Positions 63,207-64,000 of a stretch of 64,000 nt of DNA are shown piece by piece. The number at the start of each line of letters is the position of its first letter. The first letter of the stretch is position 1. The position numbers and the translations under genes were made by a program. The stretch is from Cyanophyceae cyanobacterium (lineage in GTDB: Bacteria; Cyanobacteriota; Cyanobacteriia; Cyanobacteriales; Laspinemataceae), in NCBI GenBank assembly GCA_038321985.1, contig JBBQFN010000009.1, forward strand, positions 64,001 through 128,000, read 5' to 3'. The notes below the pieces were generated by a model. That model did no database searches. It saw only the letters and a list, made by a program, of their open reading frames with translations, and had not been told where the DNA came from.

Positions 63207-64000
63207 ATGGTATCGGAAATCGAGGAGTTAAATTTGAATCGAGTGGTGCCCCCGGCTTTAAAGCCTGGGGATTTGTTGCGGGCGATCGCCCCCAGTGGGA
63301 GTCTGCGAGAGCAAGCGGTATTTGAGAAGGGGTTAGATATCTGGCGATCGCGCGGATATCGGGTGGAACTCGCTGCCGGTTATGACAACTCCTGGGGATA
63401 TTTAGCCGGGACCGATGGCGATCGGCGTCAACAACTCACAAGCGCATGGCAGGACCCAGACTGTCGCGGTATCCTCTGCATCCGAGGTGGATATGGCGGG
63501 GCGCGGATTCTAGAAGATTGGACCTGGACCCCCCAAGTAACCCCTCCCAAATGGTTAATCGGGTTTTCTGACATTACCAGCTTGTTATGGAGTTTGTGTA
63601 AAATCGGAGTAGTCGGAATGCATGGTCCCGTACTCACCACGATCGCCGCAGAACCGGAGTGGACGACTGCCCGGTTATTTGATCTCGTCGAAGGACGTCC
63701 AGTCGCCCCTCTCCAAGGCATAGGATGGGGAAATGGCACCGCCACCGGCTATTTACTCCCCGCCAATCTTACCGTTGCCACCCACCTACTAGGCACCTCA
63801 GCGCAACCGTTATTAGACGGAGCAATTTTAGCTTTTGAAGATGTAGGAGAAGCCCCCTATCGCATTGATCGAATGCTGACTCAATGGCGGATGATGGGTG
63901 CCTTAACCGGAGTGAAGGGAATTGCATTAGGGAGATTTAGCCAATGCGATACTTTAGCGCATAAGACCAGTTTTACCGTTGCCGAAGTCTTGCGCGATCG
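63207..64000 (+). CDS. LD-carboxypeptidase (S66), truncated by the window end; not in the ORF track
   Basis: Read by hand: PPALKPGDLLRAIAPSG, YLAGTD, RGGYG, IGFSDIT, FEDVGEAPYRIDRML. Confidence 0.88.
   Translation, partial: MVSEIEELNLNRVVPPALKPGDLLRAIAPSGSLREQAVFEKGLDIWRSRGYRVELAAGYDNSWGYLAGTDGDRRQQLTSAWQDPDCRGILCIRGGYGGARILEDWTWTPQVTPPKWLIGFSDITSLLWSLCKIGVVGMHGPVLTTIAAEPEWTTARLFDLVEGRPVAPLQGIGWGNGTATGYLLPANLTVATHLLGTSAQPLLDGAILAFEDVGEAPYRIDRMLTQWRMMGALTGVKGIALGRFSQCDTLAHKTSFTVAEVLRD

Larger units (their letters stand above)
1..64000. repeat. HIP1 octamer GCGATCGC, dispersed throughout the window
   Basis: Many copies visible, e.g. 6-13, 35467-35474, 35484-35491, 38500-38507; a known cyanobacterial genome signature. 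Confidence 0.95.

Noticed and set aside
158..63745. Numerous short antisense or overlapping ORFs in the supplied track
   Set aside because: They lie within well-supported genes or repeats and show no recognisable motifs

Overview
Chromosomal window from a filamentous cyanobacterium, probably of Oscillatoriales type (inferred from frequent HIP1 GCGATCGC octamers, psb28, crtR, a C-terminal processing protease and the guaB-Yfr1-trxA arrangement). Most genes are housekeeping or signalling: a peptide ABC transporter, an adenylate/guanylate cyclase, two paralogous PAS hybrid kinases, fbaB, an aspartate aminotransferase, pyk, aroH and sppA. The most striking locus is an operon-like array at 38.6-46.7 kb: a COP23-domain gene followed by four tandem signal-peptide-bearing trypsin-like proteases. 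These share one conserved catalytic module but carry different WD40 and/or TPR tails. Also present are the Yfr1 sRNA (not in the ORF track), a PIN toxin with a single internal nonsense codon beside an intact partner, and a decaying accessory island at 35.4-37.8 kb. The island holds a cobL fragment, a stop-interrupted membrane protein, a stop-interrupted nucleotidyltransferase with a small partner gene, and an hsdR fragment. No CRISPR array, tRNA, rRNA, transposase or reverse transcriptase was seen. All family calls come from motif recognition by eye, not from database searches.
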